A stretch of DNA of 64,000 nt from a virus (taxonomy: Duplodnaviria; Caudoviricetes), in IMG/VR virus record IMGVR_UViG_3300049740_002155. One strand, 5' to 3'. The notes under the pieces are model-generated. The model saw only the letters and a list, made by a program, of their open reading frames with translations. It was not told where the DNA came from and did not search any database. A program made the position numbers and the translations under genes. Each line of letters begins with the position of its first letter. The stretch's first letter is position 1. Shown in pieces: positions 1 to 7,205 of the stretch.

Positions 1-169
1 TTTTGACACGAAATCTAAGAGTAATTGGAACTGCGGTAGGATGCGCCTTTTCTAAGTCGGCAATACTAAACTTACCAGTTGGCCAATTAACTATTAACTT
101 CTTTTTCTTGGGAATTGAAACAGTTGTTTCAACACTAATATTTCTTTTTACTTGGGTTTCGTCAGTCAT
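1..169 (-). CDS. hypothetical small basic protein, 3'-truncated by window edge (possible winged-helix DNA-binding protein)
   Basis: Hand translation from ATG at 169: MTDETQVKRNISVETTVSIPKKKKLIVNWPTGKFSIADLEKAHPTAVPITLRFRVK, open to base 1. Preceded by GGAG SD (acGGAGttattATG). Not in the ORF track. Confidence 0.7.
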   Translation of the reverse strand, partial: MTDETQVKRNISVETTVSIPKKKKLIVNWPTGKFSIADLEKAHPTAVPITLRFRVK

Positions 170-184
170 AATAACTCCGTTCTA

Positions 185-367
185 TTATTGTTTAGATTCT
201 TCAACAGATGCCTTACGATACTCGGTTGCGAGTTTCTTAATTTCACCAATTGCTTTTCTTGCCCGAGTACCAGATGCTTTGATACCTGATTCCACGTTCT
301 TGTTGTGATTGTCCTCAAATGCTTCGTACAAAGCCTTGATTTGTTCATATAGTTCTTGTGATTTCAT
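185..367 (-). CDS. histone H1-like nucleoid protein (Hc1 family)
   Basis: 60 aa helical protein with GIKASGTRARKAIGEIKKLATEYRKAS, matching the G-x-K-A-[AS]-G-x-R-A-R-K...R-K-x-S core of Hc1-like proteins. Confidence 0.75.
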   Translation of the reverse strand: MKSQELYEQIKALYEAFEDNHNKNVESGIKASGTRARKAIGEIKKLATEYRKASVEESKQ

Positions 368-405
368 AATTTTTATTAGGGTTACTTTTATTGTTAAATA
401 ATATT

Positions 406-434
406 ATATTATAGTATTTTGAAATAGGTTGCAA
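406..434 (-). promoter_or_regulatory. sigma70-type promoter for Hc1-like gene
   Basis: Minus strand TTGCAA-N17-TAATAT. Confidence 0.55.
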
Positions 435-441
435 GTTTTTT

Positions 442-861
442 TTAAGCAAAGAATATTACATACTTATCATCCTCAACGGCAACTGACATATATCTGAATG
501 CCCATTTTTCTTGTTGCATTCTATTGACAAACTCCATATATGCACTTTCTGTTTTATCAATTTTAAAAAACTGACCAGATACTACATTAGTTTCGTACTT
601 CTGAATAAATGCACGATAATCAATAGCATTTGGATGCTGACTTAAAAAGTTTTCTGTGAATTTAGAAACCGACTCTTTGTTTTCGTCATAAAATTTTATT
701 ATATCATTCCGACAACTGCATCCGGGGTCAACCGAAAAACTCAAGACTTTATCTTCAATTGGTGGAAATGCTTTGATAAGTTCATTTAAATAATCTTCGG
801 ATTTCAAAATTAATTCCAAAACTAAAATGCTTCCATATGAGGTTATTGTTTGATTGTTCAT
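442..861 (-). CDS. hypothetical protein
   Basis: 139-aa ORF with own promoter; contains C-S-C (DPGCSCRN); no family recognised. Confidence 0.75.
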   Translation of the reverse strand: MNNQTITSYGSILVLELILKSEDYLNELIKAFPPIEDKVLSFSVDPGCSCRNDIIKFYDENKESVSKFTENFLSQHPNAIDYRAFIQKYETNVVSGQFFKIDKTESAYMEFVNRMQQEKWAFRYMSVAVEDDKYVIFFA

Positions 862-867
862 TTTTTT

Positions 868-896
868 AATTTACTGCAAATCATAATTTTAGTCAA
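868..896 (-). promoter_or_regulatory. sigma70-type promoter
   Basis: Minus strand TTGACT-N17-TAAATT directly upstream of ATG 861. Confidence 0.55.
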
Positions 897-939
897 CAAT
901 TATCTTGAAAAACTCAAAAACATATTATATTCTAAGTTC

Positions 940-1548
940 ATGTATCAATATGTAAGTGGTTCTGACAATCTTGTTCTTTTGCTTACGCACTACTGGACTC
1001 CATTAAATGTAACCTCTGTAAAAGAGGGTTTGAAAAAGTTAATGGGTGCAAAAGAGAGATTTCACAAAACAAGGCCTAAGGTCGTTGCCGTGGCAAGTGA
1101 TGGAAACACGTGTGACTGGGATACATGGATTGAATATAAACATGGATTTTATCCAGAACAACCATTTGTTCGTTCTGTTAATCACGTAATACCCGTTCCA
1201 ACTATACTACTCACTACCGCAAATTTTACATATAATACAAAAAAGAAACCTTCACTTAAATACCTTTACAAGAAATACGAAGGACGGTGTCAAATTTGTG
1301 GTGAACATTTTCCCCAAAACAAATTGACAATAGAACACATCAAACCAAAAAGCAAAGGTGGGGATAATGACTATTTCAATTTAACACTCACCTGTGTTAA
1401 GTGTAATTCAAGAAAAGGAAGTATATTTCCATACTACGATTATAAAGGAGATATTCTAAAAGCAAGTCCACCTAAACCATTTTATGAAGTTGGAAATGTA
1501 GTTCGTGAAGAGTGGAAACCATTTCTTTTTAAAAATTCCTCTTTTTAG
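940..1548 (+). CDS. HNH endonuclease (McrA-like family)
   Basis: CQICG...TIEHIKPKSKGGDNDYFNLTLTCVKCNSRKG HNH/zinc motif; N-terminal LLLTHYWTPLNV segment typical of this family; start moved to ATG 940. Confidence 0.9.
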   Translation: MYQYVSGSDNLVLLLTHYWTPLNVTSVKEGLKKLMGAKERFHKTRPKVVAVASDGNTCDWDTWIEYKHGFYPEQPFVRSVNHVIPVPTILLTTANFTYNTKKKPSLKYLYKKYEGRCQICGEHFPQNKLTIEHIKPKSKGGDNDYFNLTLTCVKCNSRKGSIFPYYDYKGDILKASPPKPFYEVGNVVREEWKPFLFKNSSF

Positions 1549-1551
1549 TGT

Positions 1552-1580
1552 TTGACATTTATTATAATTTTTAATATATT
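1552..1580 (+). promoter_or_regulatory. sigma70-type promoter of tRNA cluster
   Basis: TTGACA-N17-TATATT. Confidence 0.75.
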
Positions 1581-1678
1581 ACAAACATAATTTATACTTC
1601 CTATGTAGAGAACATAGGCATAACGTCCAATAAGGGGTGTCCAAACCGTATAACGAGAGGGGCAAGTGTTTCTTTTAC

Positions 1679-1753
1679 GCATCGGTGGCGGAATGGTGAC
1701 GCAAGGGACTGCAAATCCCTACCATGCAGGTTCGAGTCCTGTCCGATGCTCCA
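1679..1753 (+). tRNA. trnC: tRNA-Cys(GCA)
   Basis: Acceptor GCATCGG/CCGATGC, anticodon arm AGGGA-CTGCAAA-TCCCT, GTTCGA T-loop, U73, encoded CCA. Confidence 0.95.
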
Positions 1754-1766
1754 TAATCAATTTATT

Positions 1767-1842
1767 GCCACCTTAGCTCAGCTGGTAGAGCACCTGATTT
1801 GTAATCAGGATGTCGTCGGTTCGATTCCGACAGGTGGCTCCA
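1767..1842 (+). tRNA. trnT: tRNA-Thr(UGU)
   Basis: Acceptor GCCACCT/AGGTGGC, anticodon arm CCTGA-TTTGTAA-TCAGG, encoded CCA. Confidence 0.95.
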
Positions 1843-1853
1843 TTTTAATGTGT

Positions 1854-1930
1854 CGGGATATAGCGTAGCCTGGTATCGCGCTTGCTTTGGGAGCAAGAGG
1901 TCGCAGGTTCAAATCCTGCTATCCCGACCA
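1854..1930 (+). tRNA. trnP: tRNA-Pro(UGG)
   Basis: Acceptor CGGGATA/TATCCCG, anticodon arm CTTGC-TTTGGGA-GCAAG, encoded CCA. Confidence 0.95.
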
Positions 1931-1933
1931 AAT

Positions 1934-2010
1934 GTCCACATCGTCTAGTCAGGTCAGGACACCGGGTTTTCATCCCGGCAACCGGAGTTCGAGTCTCCGT
2001 GTGGATGCCA
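1934..2010 (+). tRNA. trnE: tRNA-Glu(UUC)
   Basis: Acceptor GTCCACA/TGTGGAT (G1:U72), anticodon arm CCGGG-TTTTCAT-CCCGG, encoded CCA. Confidence 0.93.
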
Positions 2011-2066
2011 ATTTTTTATATAAATGTATATGTATATAAATGCGTATATATACATACAATACTCTT

Positions 2067-2142
<76 letters not shown>

Positions 2143-2161
2143 ATTTTAAAGGGGCATCAAA

Positions 2162-2347
2162 ATGAAAGTAGAAATAGACAAAGAAACAAACGAAGTAATC
2201 ATTCGTTTACCGATAGAAAAGCAACCAAGAGATTCTGCAAGTGGTAAAACAAAAATCATTGCCAGTTCAAGTGGAAGAAACATTACAACCGAAACATATG
2301 ACGGAAAACAGTTGATGGTAACTGCAAGTGTTTATTATAAACCATAA
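2162..2347 (+). CDS. small hypothetical protein
   Basis: 61 aa, beta-rich, PRDSASGKTKIIASSSG motif reminiscent of a small conserved bacterial/phage hypothetical family. Confidence 0.75.
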   Translation: MKVEIDKETNEVIIRLPIEKQPRDSASGKTKIIASSSGRNITTETYDGKQLMVTASVYYKP

Positions 2348-2365
2348 CTTTTTTGTTATAGATAT

Positions 2366-2373
2366 ATATTTAT
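2366..2373 (+). promoter_or_regulatory. candidate phage late-promoter motif ATATTTAT (first of at least 15 intergenic copies)
   Basis: ATATTTAT on the coding strand 1-35 nt before starts at 2379, 3646, 5589, 15065(-), 19810(-), 22561(-), 24523, 34441, 38368, 53284, 55506, 59670, and further upstream of others (30969, 31587, 33394). Confidence 0.55.
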
Positions 2374-2378
2374 CATAC

Positions 2379-3302
2379 ATGAAGTCCGAAAATATCGTTT
2401 GTGAGGAGTGGAAAGGGTATAAACCTAATATGCCTGTTCAAGTTGTTGGTGTTAAAAACGGAAAAATTACTGGTAACGGTAGTGGAGTAGAAGTATTTAA
2501 AAACCTTAAAGATGCACAAAGTAGATATGATGATCTTGATCCAGAAGAAAACTCAATGAGATTTACTTGGGTAACCAAAGGAGAAGTTAAAGGAAAAGAT
2601 GCCGGACGATTTGAAACATGGAGAGCATATAAAATGTATTCTATGGAAGAGCAGATATTCCAAGATACAATGAAAGAAGCAAAATTTAATGCTCGTATTC
2701 TGCCTGCTAATTTAGAAGACCTTGAAATGAAAACTTTGATTGTTGCAATCGGTAGTACCGTTACTGGTTTGCTAGACAAAATCAAAAAGAACACAGGTTC
2801 TAATGCTAATCCAGTAAGTTTGCAAGTAATCAAAGGTGGAGATGCTATTAAGTCTGCCCTTAAAAGTCAAATGGATTTAAAAGGCAAAGAGGCACTTGTA
2901 GCATTTTTCAAAGAAACAAATAAACACTTTGCAGGCAACGCACCTGCATTATCTAGTATAGTAAGGAAATATAAATTGAAATCTGATAAATATAGTGGTA
3001 AGGTATTTGCAGAACAAGAAACTAAATTACGTGAACTTGTTCGTGGTTATTTAAAAAATAAATTGAATATGAACGAAGCAAAGAAAAGCAAAATGATTCC
3101 TATGGAAAAATATGGGGCTGCGTTCATGGTTGACAACGGACATCTTATGTCGGTTGCTATGAATCGTGACGGAAGTCTTGAAACGTTTGATGGTGATTTG
3201 GATTGGGGAGAAGTAACTGCTCCAGAATCTCAAAAGTTTCTTGATGACATTAATAAAAAGTTCAAGACGAAGTTCAAGATGGATGACTTTGCAGGTAGAT
3301 AA
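2379..3302 (+). CDS. hypothetical modular protein (possible head-internal protein)
   Basis: Long ORF; start moved to ATG 2379 behind ATATTTAT; appears built of segments separated by MEE/MKEAK/MNEAKK junctions. Confidence 0.75.
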   Translation: MKSENIVCEEWKGYKPNMPVQVVGVKNGKITGNGSGVEVFKNLKDAQSRYDDLDPEENSMRFTWVTKGEVKGKDAGRFETWRAYKMYSMEEQIFQDTMKEAKFNARILPANLEDLEMKTLIVAIGSTVTGLLDKIKKNTGSNANPVSLQVIKGGDAIKSALKSQMDLKGKEALVAFFKETNKHFAGNAPALSSIVRKYKLKSDKYSGKVFAEQETKLRELVRGYLKNKLNMNEAKKSKMIPMEKYGAAFMVDNGHLMSVAMNRDGSLETFDGDLDWGEVTAPESQKFLDDINKKFKTKFKMDDFAGR

Positions 3303-3631
3303 TGTATAAATTAGGTGAATCAAACATTCACGGACACGGTTTAATTGCCACCTACGATATAAAAGCAAATACTGATATTGGTTTAAGTCATATAGGGATT
3401 GGGTTTATAAACGAACGAGTTGTTGCAGGTGAAGCAACCGATATAGGCAACTTCCAAAATCATAGCAATACAAATAATTGTATTAATAAAATTGTCGGCA
3501 AAGATTTGCATATGTTTACACTCAAAGATGTAAAGTGCGGTGAAGAACTTACAATTAACTTTCATGAAAATACAGACATCTGTGCTAACATTGAAAACTC
3601 AGAAAATTGGAAGAAAAGTCAGTTTTTATAA
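3302..3631 (+). CDS. SET-domain protein (putative protein-lysine methyltransferase)
   Basis: SNIHGHGLIA (SAM-binding motif I), GNFQNHS (NHS motif), KDVKCGEELTINF (GEEL motif). Confidence 0.85.
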   Translation: MYKLGESNIHGHGLIATYDIKANTDIGLSHIGIGFINERVVAGEATDIGNFQNHSNTNNCINKIVGKDLHMFTLKDVKCGEELTINFHENTDICANIENSENWKKSQFL

Positions 3632-3645
3632 TATTTATAGATACT

Positions 3646-3972
3646 ATGGTAAATAAAAAAGAATTTAAAGGAAAACCGTTTTCTGGAGAAGATAGAGAAC
3701 AGGCAATAAAAGACATTGTTCCATCTAATATGGATGATAAAAGAACCGTGTGTAATGTAGTTCGTTTGATATTTGAAAATGCCCAAGATGAAGCATATAA
3801 TCTCGGAGCAATTCGTGAATTGGCATTAGAGGCACTGTGGATGGGTAAACGCATGAATGATAAACTTACTGAGTATCGTCAGAAGGAAATGTATGAAGAA
3901 TATCTTGACCAAAAAGATAGTCATCTTAATTCCAACTACGATATGTATCCTGCTCAAGGAAATTGGGATTGA
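3646..3972 (+). CDS. hypothetical protein
   Basis: Helical 108-aa ORF from ATG 3646 following ATATTTAT at 3631-3638. Confidence 0.7.
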   Translation: MVNKKEFKGKPFSGEDREQAIKDIVPSNMDDKRTVCNVVRLIFENAQDEAYNLGAIRELALEALWMGKRMNDKLTEYRQKEMYEEYLDQKDSHLNSNYDMYPAQGNWD

Positions 3973-3997
3973 TTTTGAATTCTATCCAATATATATT
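3969..3997 (+). promoter_or_regulatory. sigma70-type promoter
   Basis: TTGATT-N17-TATATT, 8 nt before ATG 4006. Confidence 0.5.
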
Positions 3998-4005
3998 GTA
4001 TTAGG

Positions 4006-5562
4006 ATGGAGTCACAAAAATGCACACAAAAAAAATGTAAATATCCAATAAGTTGCAAGCATAACGATATGTGCATGGAAATTGAAATGCAAAAAAGTGT
4101 TTCATCAAAGAAAATTAAAAAAACCTCAACTCAAAAAGTTGGGGTTATTTTGTGTCATGGTTTTTTATCAAAGCACGAACAAATGGTCCCACTTAGTGAT
4201 TTTGTTTTTGAAAATTTTGGTTGGGAAACTCATTTGGTAGAATTGAGTGGCCACGGATACGATTCTGATAATATTACAAAAGTAACTTGGAATGATTGGG
4301 TAGATGATGTAAAAAGTAAATATGAAAAAGTTTCCAAGGAGTGTGATAAAATTTACTTCATCGGATTTTCACTCGGTGGGTGTGTGGGTGCGTATGTGTC
4401 TACTTTAAAAAATGTTAGATTCTCTGGTATGGTATTAATTAACTGTCCGTTTGGTGTCAAGAATGTATTCAACAAACTTTTACCAGGTGTCATGATTTAC
4501 AATAAAATTTGTAAGAAATTGAATCTACAAAAAATAATGCTTGAGTGTATTACGAATCATAGTGAGATGCCTGAACTAAATCAACCATTAATTAATTTGT
4601 CGGCAACAAATGAACTCCGTAAAATGTCTAATGTTTCTAAAACTATATTAGATAGAATTCTATGTCCTGTGTTTCAAATACAAGAATATAACGATCCAAC
4701 TGTTTTTTATAGTAGTGGTGTTCGTGCTTTCAGAAAGATTGCGTCAACATATAAGAAATTATATACAACAAAATTAAATACACATCTTACGATTTACGAC
4801 AAAGGATTAGAATGTAGTGTATTTTGTAAAATAAAACAATTTCTTTCGGAAATAGAAGAGCATAAGTTTGTTAATATTGCTCACCGTGGTGCAAGTGGCA
4901 CTTGTACGGAAAATACACTTTCTGCGTTTGAAAAAGCAATTGAATATAATTGCGATATGGTTGAATTTGATGTTCAGTATATTGATAGAAAATTGTGCGT
5001 ATTTCACGATTACACTGCAAATAGAATGTTTGGTGTAGATAAAAAAATGAGTGATTTAAATTCAGGTGAATTTGATAAATTAATTTATGCTAATTGTGAA
5101 AGAATTCCTACTTTACAACAAGCACTTGATTGTATAAATGGAAGGTGTGGTGTTAATATTGAAGTTAAGGATAGTAGCATTGCAACTAATATTGTTGCTA
5201 TTGTTAGAGATTATCAAAAAAAGAAACAATGGAGGAATGTTGATATTGTATTAAGTTCGTTTAGTTGTGCAACCGTCAATTTGATAAGACGAAGTGATTC
5301 CGATATTAATGTGTCCCAATTATTTCACGAAGATAATGTCACACTAAGAGACATAAAGAATTTTAAGAAAGACTACTTTGAAAAAAATATATATTCTGTA
5401 AATTTGTATGTAGAAGATATTACGCAACCTATCGTTGAGTATTGTAATGAAAATAGCATGAAAATATATGTATATACCGTAAATGAACTTCGTGCTATAA
5501 GATTTTTACGTGAATTGGGTGTAAATGGTGTATTTACAGATTATCCCGAAAGAATACAATAA
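4006..5562 (+). CDS. alpha/beta-hydrolase (carboxylesterase/lysophospholipase-like) fused to glycerophosphodiester phosphodiesterase (GDPD)
   Basis: N-half: HGFLS, GHG, GFSLGG nucleophile elbow, YNDPTV Asp, THL His. C-half: IAHRGASG...ENTLSAF...VEFDV...VFHD...NIEVK...VYTVN...GVFTDYP. Confidence 0.9.
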   Translation: MESQKCTQKKCKYPISCKHNDMCMEIEMQKSVSSKKIKKTSTQKVGVILCHGFLSKHEQMVPLSDFVFENFGWETHLVELSGHGYDSDNITKVTWNDWVDDVKSKYEKVSKECDKIYFIGFSLGGCVGAYVSTLKNVRFSGMVLINCPFGVKNVFNKLLPGVMIYNKICKKLNLQKIMLECITNHSEMPELNQPLINLSATNELRKMSNVSKTILDRILCPVFQIQEYNDPTVFYSSGVRAFRKIASTYKKLYTTKLNTHLTIYDKGLECSVFCKIKQFLSEIEEHKFVNIAHRGASGTCTENTLSAFEKAIEYNCDMVEFDVQYIDRKLCVFHDYTANRMFGVDKKMSDLNSGEFDKLIYANCERIPTLQQALDCINGRCGVNIEVKDSSIATNIVAIVRDYQKKKQWRNVDIVLSSFSCATVNLIRRSDSDINVSQLFHEDNVTLRDIKNFKKDYFEKNIYSVNLYVEDITQPIVEYCNENSMKIYVYTVNELRAIRFLRELGVNGVFTDYPERIQ

Positions 5563-5588
5563 ATCTATTTTGATATATATTTATTGTC

Positions 5589-7205
5589 GTGGACATTATA
5601 GAGCATTATATAAAGAATTCATCTTTAGTTGATATCTCCAGTGATTTTGACGATGTATTATTTGAATCGACATTAAAAAATCATTTAGGAGATATGTTTA
5701 AAAGAAAAGACAAATTTATAGACATAGTAGATAGTGCAATTGCAGGTGACATCAATTTACTTGATGGTAAGGGAAAGGAGTTAAAGAAACCAAATGCAGA
5801 GCTATGGAAAACCTTAAAAAAACAACTTCAAAATGCCAAGAGTATAGAGGATATTAAAACATGGTCTAATCCACCTGGTTCAGAAAAAGGTGAATTTGAA
5901 AAATTATTTGGAGTAATTCCTTCTAATTTTGGAAAGGATCTAAATGGTCTAACAGGTAAATCTGGTGAACCAACAGGTGCAGAGTGGGAGCATTTAATTA
6001 CCTATCAATTTAATAAGTTAGTTGGTGCATCTGATCACAAGGAGTCTACCAAAGTTGCATTAGGATTTCCTAATTATTTAGAAACTGCAAAGAACGTAGC
6101 AGAAAACCTAAAAAAGGAAAGTGCAGTTGGTAGTGGTCAAATGACACAATTTGGTGGTGGTAGTAGTTCAAGTAATTGTTCTACTTGGTGGATTAACCAA
6201 GGTGGTTCAAACGGAACACCAAAAGCAGATATGATTACAAGTTCATGTGGTATATCGTTAAAAAAGAAAGGTGGTTCTCAACTAATGTCTGCGGGTACAG
6301 GTGAAACTTTGGCAACATTTAATACAGCACTTGGTTGGTTTAGTGGCGATAATGACGGTATCAAGAAAGTAAATGACCTTATAAATAAAATAGAAGATAA
6401 ATTTGATAAGATAACAACCCACTTAGGCAAACGAGAACTTGATAAACTATCTAAATTACCCGAGGATCAATGGCCAGAAAAAAGCAAGTCATCCATCGAG
6501 AAATATATTGAAGTGGAAGCATACCACAAAGAAATTAATCAGACTATTAAGGATTTTGATTTTCATAGTAACAAAAAATTTAGAGATTTCTTTGTTTACG
6601 AAGCAATGTCAGGACAAAGAAAATTTACAGGTGGGGAAAATGACGCAAGGGCAAGTTTGTGTGTAGAGTTTGATGGATCTACTGGTGCTTTATCAAAAGT
6701 TATTTCCACAACATCAGATGGTAAAAAGAATTTCACCGACCCACCCAAGGTTTCTTCTGATATTAGTAAACTTGCTTCTGGTGCAAAATTTTATGTTGCT
6801 TGGAAAAGTTCATCTGGTAATCCATATTCAACTTTTCGTGCAAATATATCCGAGGGACAAAATTCAACAATTGAAATTCCCACGATTTCGGAAATATTTA
6901 GAAAAACTTTAGCAGAAGACACTCTAATAATTGAATATAAGAAAAAACTTTTATCTGAAAATAAACAACTCAATGAGTTTCAGATACTAAAAAAGATGTG
7001 GTCTTCTGTAAAAGGTGCAGGTAAAAAGTTTCTGAATTGGATGCAGAGTATATACAAAAAGTTTTTGAAGAATATCAAAAAAACATTAAATAAAATTAAG
7101 AAACTTGGTAAAGATGCGTTTAATGCTGTTTTAAAGTTTGCAGGTATTGAGATTTCATCTGTGAGAGCAGATATTCCAAAAGACGTAGAGCAATTTATGT
7201 ATTGA
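5589..7205 (+). CDS. conserved phage protein, putative PD-(D/E)XK-like nuclease
   Basis: GAEWEHLI...TPKADMI...GISLKKKGGSQLMSAGTGETLATF: candidate E...D...SxK...E arrangement; basic amphipathic C-terminus; GTG start. Confidence 0.5.
   Translation: MDIIEHYIKNSSLVDISSDFDDVLFESTLKNHLGDMFKRKDKFIDIVDSAIAGDINLLDGKGKELKKPNAELWKTLKKQLQNAKSIEDIKTWSNPPGSEKGEFEKLFGVIPSNFGKDLNGLTGKSGEPTGAEWEHLITYQFNKLVGASDHKESTKVALGFPNYLETAKNVAENLKKESAVGSGQMTQFGGGSSSSNCSTWWINQGGSNGTPKADMITSSCGISLKKKGGSQLMSAGTGETLATFNTALGWFSGDNDGIKKVNDLINKIEDKFDKITTHLGKRELDKLSKLPEDQWPEKSKSSIEKYIEVEAYHKEINQTIKDFDFHSNKKFRDFFVYEAMSGQRKFTGGENDARASLCVEFDGSTGALSKVISTTSDGKKNFTDPPKVSSDISKLASGAKFYVAWKSSSGNPYSTFRANISEGQNSTIEIPTISEIFRKTLAEDTLIIEYKKKLLSENKQLNEFQILKKMWSSVKGAGKKFLNWMQSIYKKFLKNIKKTLNKIKKLGKDAFNAVLKFAGIEISSVRADIPKDVEQFMY

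Noticed and set aside
2011-2066. TA-rich imperfect inverted repeat between tRNA-Glu and tRNA-Ala
   Set aside because: Low-complexity AT spacer in which such pairing arises by chance
5581-6600. GC dinucleotides mostly in GCA/TGC context, suggesting restriction-site avoidance
   Set aside because: A rough hand count here gave about 3 of 22 GC dinucleotides outside that context, but most are simply GCA Ala codons; a codon-aware Markov test would be needed
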